From: a virus
Taxonomy: Duplodnaviria; Caudoviricetes
Length of the DNA: 32,753 nt
Virus record (IMG/VR): IMGVR_UViG_3300017565_000036
Span: 1-32,753 of that record
Reading direction: 5' to 3' (one strand)
Part shown: piece by piece, positions 25,136 to 32,753 of the stretch
Position numbering within the stretch: the first letter of the stretch is position 1
Layout of the letters: each line of letters opens with the position of its first letter
Notes under the pieces: model-generated
What the model saw: the letters and a program-made list of their open reading frames with translations, nothing else
The model's database searches: none
What the model was told of the DNA's origin: nothing
Translations under genes and position numbers: made by a program

Positions 25136-28000
25136 ATGGCGGACAACAACGTCGGCGCGGTGTCCATCACCATCGAAGCCGACGCATCCTCGATCCCCGA
25201 GGATGTCGAGAAGGCGGCACGCGGAGTCTCGTCCGTCGGTGAGCGACTGGCCCGACTGATCAACAAGGGCCTGGCCGACGGCTTCCGTTCGTCCATCTCC
25301 AGCGCCATCGATCCCGTGCGCGAGAAGATCGTCTCGACTCTCCAGTCCGCGGGCTCTCAGGCGGCATCGGCGATGGCACGGGCGCTCGGTCCCGCCGCGG
25401 CCCCATTCAAGAACCTCGTCGCCGGGTTCAACGACACTAAGGCCGCGGCGTCCTCTCTGACCGGCGCGATGGGCACCATCGGAGGGGCGGCGCGATCCGC
25501 CCTCAACCCAGCCATCACCGCCACGCAGAACCTCGTCGCCGGGTGGCGGGACAACCAGGCCGCGGCCTCGTCCTTCACCGGCGCTCTTGGGACCGTGGGT
25601 GGCCTGGCACGGGCCGCATTCAACGGCGCGCAGTCCGCGGTCACCACGTTCGGCTCCGTCGCCAAGAGCGCCTTCGACGGGCTCGTGTCGGTCGCCTCCT
25701 CGGTGTGGGAGAAGATCAAGTCGGGCGCGGCCTCGGCGATGAAGGTCATCGGCTCCACGGTCGCTGACGGACTCGCGGTCGCGGGCAAACTCGCCGGGAC
25801 CGCCATTGCGGGTACGGTCGGCGTCGCGCTGACCAAGGGCTTCTCCCGGCTGGAGTCCATCGACACGGCGACGGCGAAACTCCAGGGCCTCGGGCACAGC
25901 GCGGAGTCGATCACCGGCATCATGCAGTCGGCCACGAACGCGGTCAAGGGCACCGCCTTCGGGCTCGGCGACGCGGCCTCGGCGGCGGCACAGTTCTCGG
26001 CGGCAGGCATCCCCCTGGAGGGCATGGAGCGCTCGCTGAAGGTGCTCTCCTCGACGGCGGCGGTCGCGGGCACCGACCTCGGCACGATGACCTCGATCTT
26101 CGGCAAGGTCGCGGCCACCGGCAAACTGTCGGGCGAGGTGCTGAGCCAACTCTCCGAGCGCGGCATCCCGATCCTCTCCCTGCTCGCCGACCAGTACGGC
26201 GTCACTGCGGAGGAAGCGCAGAAGATGGTGTCGGACGGCAAGGTGTCGTTCGAGGACTTCCAGACTGTGCTCGAAGGGTCGCTCGGCCCCGCCGCCGCGG
26301 CGATGGGTGGCTCGTTCTCGGGCATGCTGACCAACGTCGGTGCGGCGCTCGGACGACTCGGTGCCGCGGCACAGGCTCCGGCGTTCCAGGCGCTCAAAGG
26401 TCTGTTCCCGCCGATCATGTCGGCCATCGACCAACTCACCCCGGTCGTGGCGGCGCTCGCCACTGCCCTCGGAGAGCGCCTGGCTCCCATCGTGGAGAAG
26501 CTGTCGGGGTTCCTCGGCTCCCTCGACCTCTCCGGCTTCGCCGCGTCGCTCACAGGGGCCGGTGGGGGCGCGTCGTCCTTCGTCTCGGCGCTCGGGCCGC
26601 TCCTCCCGGTGCTCGGTGCCGCGGCGGGCATGTTCGGCCCTCTGCTGACGAACCTCCCGGTCGTCGGTGGCCTGTTCGCCGGGCTCACCGGTCCTGTCGG
26701 GCTCGCGGCGGGCGCTCTCCTCGCACTAACCGCGATTAAGCCTGAGACGCTGATGGCGGGCTTCGACTCCATCGCTGGTGCCCTGCCGGGCATCATCAAC
26801 GGGATTGTGGGGGCCATCTCGACTCTCGTGCCCGCGATGGTCAGCCGGATCGCCGAGAACATCCCCGTGTTCGTGAACGGCATCCTGCAACTGGTCACTG
26901 CCGTGATCCCGGCCATCGCGACGGCGATCCCCCAGATCGTAACCGCGGTTACGACGATCATCCCGACGATCATCACCACGCTCCTCGCCGCGATCCCGCA
27001 GATTCTCATGGCGGCGCTGACCCTGTTCCAGGCGATCATCCAGGCGATCATCACCGTCGTCCCTCAGATCATCACCGCGCTCGTCACGATGATCCCGCAA
27101 CTCGCGACCGCGCTCCTCTCTGCGCTCCCGCTGATCATCACTGCCGCCCTCGAACTGTTCATGGGTATCGTGCAGGGCGTCATCACAGCGATCCCGGCCA
27201 TCATCTCCGCGGTGCTCGAACTGCTCCCGGTCCTCCTGGAGACGGTCGTCGGGATGATCCCCGACCTGATCAACGCCGCGCTCGAACTGTTCCTCGGGAT
27301 CATCATGGGCCTCGCGGAGGCGATTCCCTCGATCATCTCGGCGCTCCTCGCGCTCCTGCCGCAACTGATCAGCACTCTCATCGGCATGATCCCGACCCTC
27401 ATTCAGGGCGCGGTGTCGCTGTTCACCGGCATCGTCCAGGCCCTCCCCAAGGTGATCCCCCAGATCATCTCGGCCCTCATCGGGCTCGCGCCGGTCATGG
27501 TGAACGCCCTGATCCAACTCGTGCCGCAACTGATCCAGGCTGGTATCGACCTCATCGGCGGGCTCGTCAACGGCCTCCTGTCGGCGGCGGGACAGGTCGG
27601 CGAAGTCCTCCTCGGGATCGCTCAGGATGCCGTCGGTGACTTCCTGTCGTTCCTCGGCATCCACTCCCCCTCTCGACTGATGTACGGGGCCGGTAAGGAC
27701 ACGATGCAGGGGTACATCAACGCCCTGCACGACATGAGCGGCGAGGCGTCCGACGCGATGACCGAAGCACTCACCCCGCCACCCGCACCGGGCCTGGAGC
27801 CGAGCGCCGCGGGCCTCGGTCGAGTCGGCGCGACGACCCCCGGTGCCGCGGGAACCGGCACGAGCCTCCTAACCCCCACGCCCGGCGGTAGCGGTACATC
27901 CGTCGTCGTGCAGGAGGGTGCGGTCAAGGTCGAAGGCCCCGACCCGTACAAGGCGGCTATCGAGGTCGGCGACCGCCTGGCTGAAAGGATCGCCGCATGA
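25136..28000 (+). CDS. Tape measure protein
   Basis: 954 aa, Ala/Gly-rich; GFSRLESID, VKGTAFGLGDAA, QLSERGIP; Pro-periodic hydrophobic repeats; GIHSPSR. Confidence 0.95.
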   Translation: MADNNVGAVSITIEADASSIPEDVEKAARGVSSVGERLARLINKGLADGFRSSISSAIDPVREKIVSTLQSAGSQAASAMARALGPAAAPFKNLVAGFNDTKAAASSLTGAMGTIGGAARSALNPAITATQNLVAGWRDNQAAASSFTGALGTVGGLARAAFNGAQSAVTTFGSVAKSAFDGLVSVASSVWEKIKSGAASAMKVIGSTVADGLAVAGKLAGTAIAGTVGVALTKGFSRLESIDTATAKLQGLGHSAESITGIMQSATNAVKGTAFGLGDAASAAAQFSAAGIPLEGMERSLKVLSSTAAVAGTDLGTMTSIFGKVAATGKLSGEVLSQLSERGIPILSLLADQYGVTAEEAQKMVSDGKVSFEDFQTVLEGSLGPAAAAMGGSFSGMLTNVGAALGRLGAAAQAPAFQALKGLFPPIMSAIDQLTPVVAALATALGERLAPIVEKLSGFLGSLDLSGFAASLTGAGGGASSFVSALGPLLPVLGAAAGMFGPLLTNLPVVGGLFAGLTGPVGLAAGALLALTAIKPETLMAGFDSIAGALPGIINGIVGAISTLVPAMVSRIAENIPVFVNGILQLVTAVIPAIATAIPQIVTAVTTIIPTIITTLLAAIPQILMAALTLFQAIIQAIITVVPQIITALVTMIPQLATALLSALPLIITAALELFMGIVQGVITAIPAIISAVLELLPVLLETVVGMIPDLINAALELFLGIIMGLAEAIPSIISALLALLPQLISTLIGMIPTLIQGAVSLFTGIVQALPKVIPQIISALIGLAPVMVNALIQLVPQLIQAGIDLIGGLVNGLLSAAGQVGEVLLGIAQDAVGDFLSFLGIHSPSRLMYGAGKDTMQGYINALHDMSGEASDAMTEALTPPPAPGLEPSAAGLGRVGATTPGAAGTGTSLLTPTPGGSGTSVVVQEGAVKVEGPDPYKAAIEVGDRLAERIAA

Positions 28001-29334
28001 GCATCTACGAGGGATACCTGTCGTTCGGCGGGAACGAAATCGTCAACAACTCCCGCACGTGGGGCATCAGCAGGACCGCTCAGCCGTGCCCGATGTTCTG
28101 GCTCAAAGGCGATGTCTGCGCGACGATGAACGGTGCGCTGTTCGAGGCCGCGCCGTACGACTACGACTCGATCACCCTGACACCCTGGTACGACCAGGAC
28201 GTGCCGCAGAGCGGCGACTTCTTCGGTTTCTTCGCCTACTCGATCACCGAGGCGATGGACTCGACGCGCACGGTGTCCCGCACGGAGAGCATCACCGATG
28301 GCGGCGTGCTCGGACGGACCCGGAAGGCGACCAAGACGATGCGGGTCCGGGGTCTGCTCATGGGTCGTGGACGCCTGGCAATCGAATACGGTCAGGCGTG
28401 GCTCTCCGCCGCTGTCGACCCGAATGCGTGCGGTCAGCACGGCACCGAGTGCGGCCTGACGGACCTCCAGTGGTTCGCCGACTGCCCGCCTGATCGCGGC
28501 ACGGTCGTCGTTCCGCCGGAAGACCCGGAAGACCCTCCGACTCAGCGCCCGCAGACCGACGAGGAGTATGCGGCGACGGTGCAGGGCTACGTCCGGTACA
28601 TGCACGATGTCGCGGCCATCTCCGGCCCGATCATCACGAACACGCTCCAGGCGGGCGACTTCATGGCCTACGAGGTCGAGATGGTGTTCGCCGCGGAGCG
28701 CCCGTGGGTGTACGGAGCGACCCGAGATGTCGACCTTCCCCCGACGACTCCTCTGATCATTCAGGACATCCCGTACAACCTCGTGCCGTCGCCGAGCGCC
28801 GAACTCGCCTCCGGCGACGTGGTGGCGTCCCGCAACCTCTCCACGAACCCGAGCGTGGAGACGAACGCGACGGACTGGTCCGTGCAGGCCGGTGCTCCGA
28901 TCCTTGTGGCGAACGTCGCCGGTGCGCGCTCGACAGCGCTCGCCGCGGTGGGTGCCGCCTCGTACCGGGCACTGTTCACTGCGCCGAGCGCCGGTGTCAA
29001 TGGCTGGTTCGGGGCTCAGCAGACGGTCCCGATCACGGATGCCCTCGAACGGCACTCCATCAACATCTGGTCAGCGCTCATCCCTCTCGCCGGGGCCTCG
29101 GTGCCGTTGCAGATCGACGTGGTGGCGATCTGGCAGAACGCGGCCAGCGCGACTCTCCGCACTGACGCTCTCGGGACGATCCCGAACGCCGGTGGTGTCG
29201 TGTCCGCGGCCCGCCTTCTCCCACCTGTCGGGGCCACCAAGGTCATCGTCCGCTCGATGGGCCGACTGACCTCCTGGGCCAACGGGTCCACAGTCCAACT
29301 GTTCGCCGACGCGCTCGCCGTCACGGTGCCCTGA
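27997..29334 (+). CDS. Minor tail protein (distal-tail-like N-terminus plus carbohydrate-binding-like domain)
   Basis: Directly after TMP; YLSFGGNEIVNNSRT, PWYD, EMVFAAERPWVY; NLSTNPSVETNATDW. Confidence 0.8.
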   Translation: MSIYEGYLSFGGNEIVNNSRTWGISRTAQPCPMFWLKGDVCATMNGALFEAAPYDYDSITLTPWYDQDVPQSGDFFGFFAYSITEAMDSTRTVSRTESITDGGVLGRTRKATKTMRVRGLLMGRGRLAIEYGQAWLSAAVDPNACGQHGTECGLTDLQWFADCPPDRGTVVVPPEDPEDPPTQRPQTDEEYAATVQGYVRYMHDVAAISGPIITNTLQAGDFMAYEVEMVFAAERPWVYGATRDVDLPPTTPLIIQDIPYNLVPSPSAELASGDVVASRNLSTNPSVETNATDWSVQAGAPILVANVAGARSTALAAVGAASYRALFTAPSAGVNGWFGAQQTVPITDALERHSINIWSALIPLAGASVPLQIDVVAIWQNAASATLRTDALGTIPNAGGVVSAARLLPPVGATKVIVRSMGRLTSWANGSTVQLFADALAVTVP

Positions 29335-29347
29335 GAGAAGGTGGATC

Positions 29348-31534
29348 ATGGCATACGACGCCTCAATCAGCGGGTCTTACTCCGGTCGCTCCTCGTACTA
29401 CTCGTTCCTCTACGTGCGGCGCGACCTGACCGACGTTCCCAACAACCGGTCGTCCTACGCTTGGGCCTACTATGCTCGCGGCCCGGCAGGTGTCTCCTAC
29501 GTTCTCGATGCGTTCGCATACGGCGTCAACGTCGGTGGTCAGGGGTTCAGCGGCTCCCACAACCTCGACTTCCGAGGCACCTCCGAGGTCGTGCTCGGGT
29601 CTGGGACGACGAACTGGTTCGGCCACGACGGCAACGGCTACCTGTCCATCGTCATCGACGCTTGGCACGGCCCCGCGTCGATCTTCGGCACGTCCGACCC
29701 GCCCTCCCTGTGGTTCGCGACTGACCGCATTGCTCAGCGCCCATCAACTCCGGGCACGCCTACGCTCAGCAACATCACGACGAACAGCGTGCAGGTCACG
29801 TGGGCGATCCCGGACAATCGCGGCGCGGCAATCGACCAGATGCTCCTCCGCTACTCCACGAACCCGAACGTGGAGGCCGGGCCGTACACCGACCTCACGA
29901 ACGGCGGAAACGTCACGACTCGCACGGTTACCGGCCTGACCCCCGGTGTGACCTACTACTTCGTCGTGTACGCGCACAACTCGGTCGGTTACTCGAACCG
30001 GTCGGGCACGGCGTCGGCGCAGACGATCCCGGCGACCCCTCCGCCCTTCACGGTCGAGCCGTCCCTGTCGGGCACGCAGGCCGTGGTGTCGTTGACCCCA
30101 CCCTCGGGATCGACGGGCGTCACTGGGTACGAGGTGCGCTACCGGCCCGTGGGCGGCGCGGAGACGACGGTCACCGGACTCTCCCCGATCACGGTCACCG
30201 GACTGACCCCCGGCGTCTCGTACGAGTGGTCGGCGCGCGCGATGTTCGGCACAACGCCGAGCCCGTGGTCGGACTGGGTGACGTACTTCCAGCCGAACCC
30301 GAACACTAACCCCGGTCAGTATTTCGACGGCTCGACGGCGGACACCGCCGACATCGACTTCCAGTGGACCGGCACGGTCAACAACTCCACGTCGCGTGCT
30401 GTCGGCAAGAAGGTTACCGGCTGGACCGACTTCGCCACCGCGGCGGCAGTCTCCGGTGGCACCGGCGCTCAGTACCGCGTCACCGGCGCGGTGGGCCTCT
30501 ACCCCGAGGGACAGCCCAGTGGCTCATTCGCATGTCGGTACGTGTTCTTCCGCGACGCGACCGCGGCGGGATTCCGCGCGGGCACCGAGAACACTGCGGC
30601 GGGTCGCGCCGAAGTCAGCGAAGGCGGCGTGTACTTCGGCTCGATCTACGCCCGCCCCTCGCGCTCTCAGCGCCTCGCGGCTGTCATCACCCTGATCCCC
30701 TCCGGTGGTGGCGCAGTCCAGCGCGTCGTCGGCGCGAGCCAGGTCGTGCCCGCGGGGACCAGCGTGCGGCTCTCAGTGAGCGGCATGGCCTCCTTCGACG
30801 GCTGGGCCACGGTCGAGGCTGTGGATGTCGCTGGAGCAGGCTGGAGCCTGTGGCAGGGCGGCGAGACGATCACGGTGGACGCCGCGATGATCACCGTCGG
30901 CTCGCAGTTCCCCTACTTCGATGGCTCGACACCCGACACCGGCCAGTTCGACTACGCCTGGCTGGGGGCCACGAATGCGAGCGTCAGCACGCGCACCACT
31001 CTCGATGTGGACGTGGACGACCCGCTCGCTGACCCCGACTGCCCGCCTCCCCCGACCGCTCCTGGCCCGCCTCCCATCGAGGACGACTGCATTACCGAGG
31101 TCGGCGTCTGGCGACGCTACTGGGTGCAGATCAACCAGCCCGAGGTCGCGCAGTGGATCGCGACGATCCCGACCCTCACCCTGTCGACCGGCGCACAGGC
31201 CGCTCGTGAGGTGCGCATCCGGTACTACGAGAACCCGGAGAACACCCCGCCGAGCGCATTCACGCCCGGCGACTTCGTAGCCGAGCAGATCGTCCGCTAC
31301 ATGCCTCCGAACACGGTGCTCAACCTCGACGGGGTGAGCGAGCGCGCTCGGGCGAGCGTCGCCGGTGGCGACTGGATCGCGGCTGACCACCTCGTCTACG
31401 GCACGGGTGGAGCCCCCGCGACCTGGCCCCTCCTGGAGTGCGGTCTAGGCTTCCTGGTGTCTCTCGATGTGCCGCTGGATGCAACCCTCGGCAATCTCTC
31501 CTCCGACCTCGCGCTCACCCGAAGGATGCTCTGA
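29348..31534 (+). CDS. Minor tail protein with two fibronectin type III-like domains
   Basis: VTGLTPGVTYYFVVYAHNSVG and VTGLTPGVSYEWSARA; repeated YFDGST...W.G..N.S.S. Confidence 0.8.
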   Translation: MAYDASISGSYSGRSSYYSFLYVRRDLTDVPNNRSSYAWAYYARGPAGVSYVLDAFAYGVNVGGQGFSGSHNLDFRGTSEVVLGSGTTNWFGHDGNGYLSIVIDAWHGPASIFGTSDPPSLWFATDRIAQRPSTPGTPTLSNITTNSVQVTWAIPDNRGAAIDQMLLRYSTNPNVEAGPYTDLTNGGNVTTRTVTGLTPGVTYYFVVYAHNSVGYSNRSGTASAQTIPATPPPFTVEPSLSGTQAVVSLTPPSGSTGVTGYEVRYRPVGGAETTVTGLSPITVTGLTPGVSYEWSARAMFGTTPSPWSDWVTYFQPNPNTNPGQYFDGSTADTADIDFQWTGTVNNSTSRAVGKKVTGWTDFATAAAVSGGTGAQYRVTGAVGLYPEGQPSGSFACRYVFFRDATAAGFRAGTENTAAGRAEVSEGGVYFGSIYARPSRSQRLAAVITLIPSGGGAVQRVVGASQVVPAGTSVRLSVSGMASFDGWATVEAVDVAGAGWSLWQGGETITVDAAMITVGSQFPYFDGSTPDTGQFDYAWLGATNASVSTRTTLDVDVDDPLADPDCPPPPTAPGPPPIEDDCITEVGVWRRYWVQINQPEVAQWIATIPTLTLSTGAQAAREVRIRYYENPENTPPSAFTPGDFVAEQIVRYMPPNTVLNLDGVSERARASVAGGDWIAADHLVYGTGGAPATWPLLECGLGFLVSLDVPLDATLGNLSSDLALTRRML

Positions 31535-32748
31535 TGGCCCAGAAAGTCAGCGTCTACGGCGACGACTGCGTGCAGGGCCACACGGCCCTGATCTACGACC
31601 GGGGCGGGAAGAATCGGTGGCGGCAGTTGGTCGACCTCAGCAGTGTCCGTTGGGGCCGTACACGCGATGCGTTCACCGGCTCCGAGATTGTGCTCGCGGG
31701 TCGCTCCTGCCAGGCGCAGTCGAGCGTCATCACCGGCATCGAGCCCCGTCGACACGAACTCGTCATCTGGCGGGGCTCGGAGCGCGTGTACGAGGGTCCG
31801 ATCCTCGACGTCAAGACGTATCGGGACCGCGCCGTGATCCTCGGCATGGACATCGGGGAGTACCTGAAAGGCACCGCGCTCTCCCAGGACTACCCGTGGG
31901 ACACCGGCGAGCCGATCAGCGCGTCGTCGGCGCTCATGACGGAGCGCGTGGCTGACATCCTCGGGATCGAACTCACCGAGCCGTACGACATGATCATCGG
32001 CACCGGCGGGGCGGCGACCGAGGTCACCGTGCCGCGGTGGGAGAACCTGGACCCGCCAGCGAACATCCTGCCGCACATCGAGGTCCGCCGCTCCGAGACT
32101 CTGCTGACCCGCTCGAACACGCTCGCCTTCGAGATGAACGTCGCTGAGCACCTCCAGAATCTCGCCGAGGGTGGGCTTGACTTCACCACCGTCGGTCGGA
32201 AACTTCTCGTGTGGGACAGTGCCCAGTCCATCGGTCGCACCCGCGTCGTCACCGACGCGGACTTCGACGGCGAACTCGAAATCATCAAGGCGGGCGGCGA
32301 GCACTACAGCATCAGCCACATCTCCGCCCAGCGCGACGAGCAGGAGGAGGCCACCGACCCCGGCGACCCCGTGCCGAACGTCGGCAACGCCGGTGGCGAG
32401 AACCCCTACTACGGGGTCTGGACGAACATCGTCTCGCTCTCCAGCGAGGACGGCGACGACGATCCCACGCAGGACGCCCTCAACAGCCAGGCCCAGCGTG
32501 ATCAGGTGGGCCGCACTCCGGTGCCCATCGAGATTCGCGTCCCCGACGGCGCGACCCTCCGCACCAACGCGACGCTCGGGATCAACGACCTCGTACCGGG
32601 GGTGATCATGCCGGTGCGCGCCGATATGAACCTCCGGCAGATTCAGCAGGACCAGCGCCTCGACAAGATGGTCGTCACGGAGACTGCGGCGGGCGAGACG
32701 ATTTCGGTCACGCTGTCCTCGGTGGGTATCGTGCAGGCGGTGGCCTGA
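31534..32748 (+). CDS. Minor tail (baseplate hub-like) protein
   Basis: TGATG coupling; VRWGRTRD, RHELVIWRGSERVYEGPI, GLDFTTVGR, INDLVPG; next gene starts at ATG 32748. Confidence 0.8.
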   Translation: MAQKVSVYGDDCVQGHTALIYDRGGKNRWRQLVDLSSVRWGRTRDAFTGSEIVLAGRSCQAQSSVITGIEPRRHELVIWRGSERVYEGPILDVKTYRDRAVILGMDIGEYLKGTALSQDYPWDTGEPISASSALMTERVADILGIELTEPYDMIIGTGGAATEVTVPRWENLDPPANILPHIEVRRSETLLTRSNTLAFEMNVAEHLQNLAEGGLDFTTVGRKLLVWDSAQSIGRTRVVTDADFDGELEIIKAGGEHYSISHISAQRDEQEEATDPGDPVPNVGNAGGENPYYGVWTNIVSLSSEDGDDDPTQDALNSQAQRDQVGRTPVPIEIRVPDGATLRTNATLGINDLVPGVIMPVRADMNLRQIQQDQRLDKMVVTETAAGETISVTLSSVGIVQAVA

Positions 32749-32753
32749 TGGCG

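Noticed and set aside
26750-27600. Hydrophobic repeats suggesting a separate membrane protein
   Set aside because: Normal Pro-periodic repeats within the tape measure protein
27869-27882. CTAAC-CCCC-ACGCC as another palindrome copy
   Set aside because: Only the left arm matches
1-32753. tRNA genes, introns/inteins, integrase, lysis enzymes
   Set aside because: No cloverleaf or diagnostic motifs noticed; terminase, portal and capsid ORFs are uninterrupted and of normal length

Overview
A 32.7-kb, high-GC segment of a tailed actinobacteriophage with siphovirus-type morphogenesis genes. Every credible gene is on the + strand, usually coupled by ATGA/GTGA/TGATG overlaps. Gene order: small HTH regulator; a ParB-like / TAGT(GREB1)-like glycosyltransferase / truncated UDP-sugar dehydrogenase cluster; a stand-alone RarA(MgsA)-C-like protein; terminase; portal; MuF-like protein; maturation protease; separate major capsid hexamer and pentamer proteins; major tail, adaptor and terminator proteins; frameshifted tail assembly chaperone; tape measure; three minor tail proteins. 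The structural operon is interrupted by islands of small genes, each opened by an 18-bp promoter-like motif TAGACTATAGGTGTAAGC (5 copies). From memory, this gene content and motif resemble Microbacterium cluster EC phages (not verified by search). Main observations: (1) about 20 copies of a second, palindromic motif C(T/G)AAC-N4-GTT(A/C)G that overlaps promoters and is embedded in genes via rare codons; (2) a promoter- and terminator-bounded ~180-nt structured non-coding segment just before the portal; (3) a capsid pentamer fused to a collagen-like fibre with its own internal RBS and start; (4) strong avoidance of AGCT and several 6-mers. All counts and family assignments come from reading by eye, with no database searches. 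No tRNA, CRISPR, integrase or lysin was seen.
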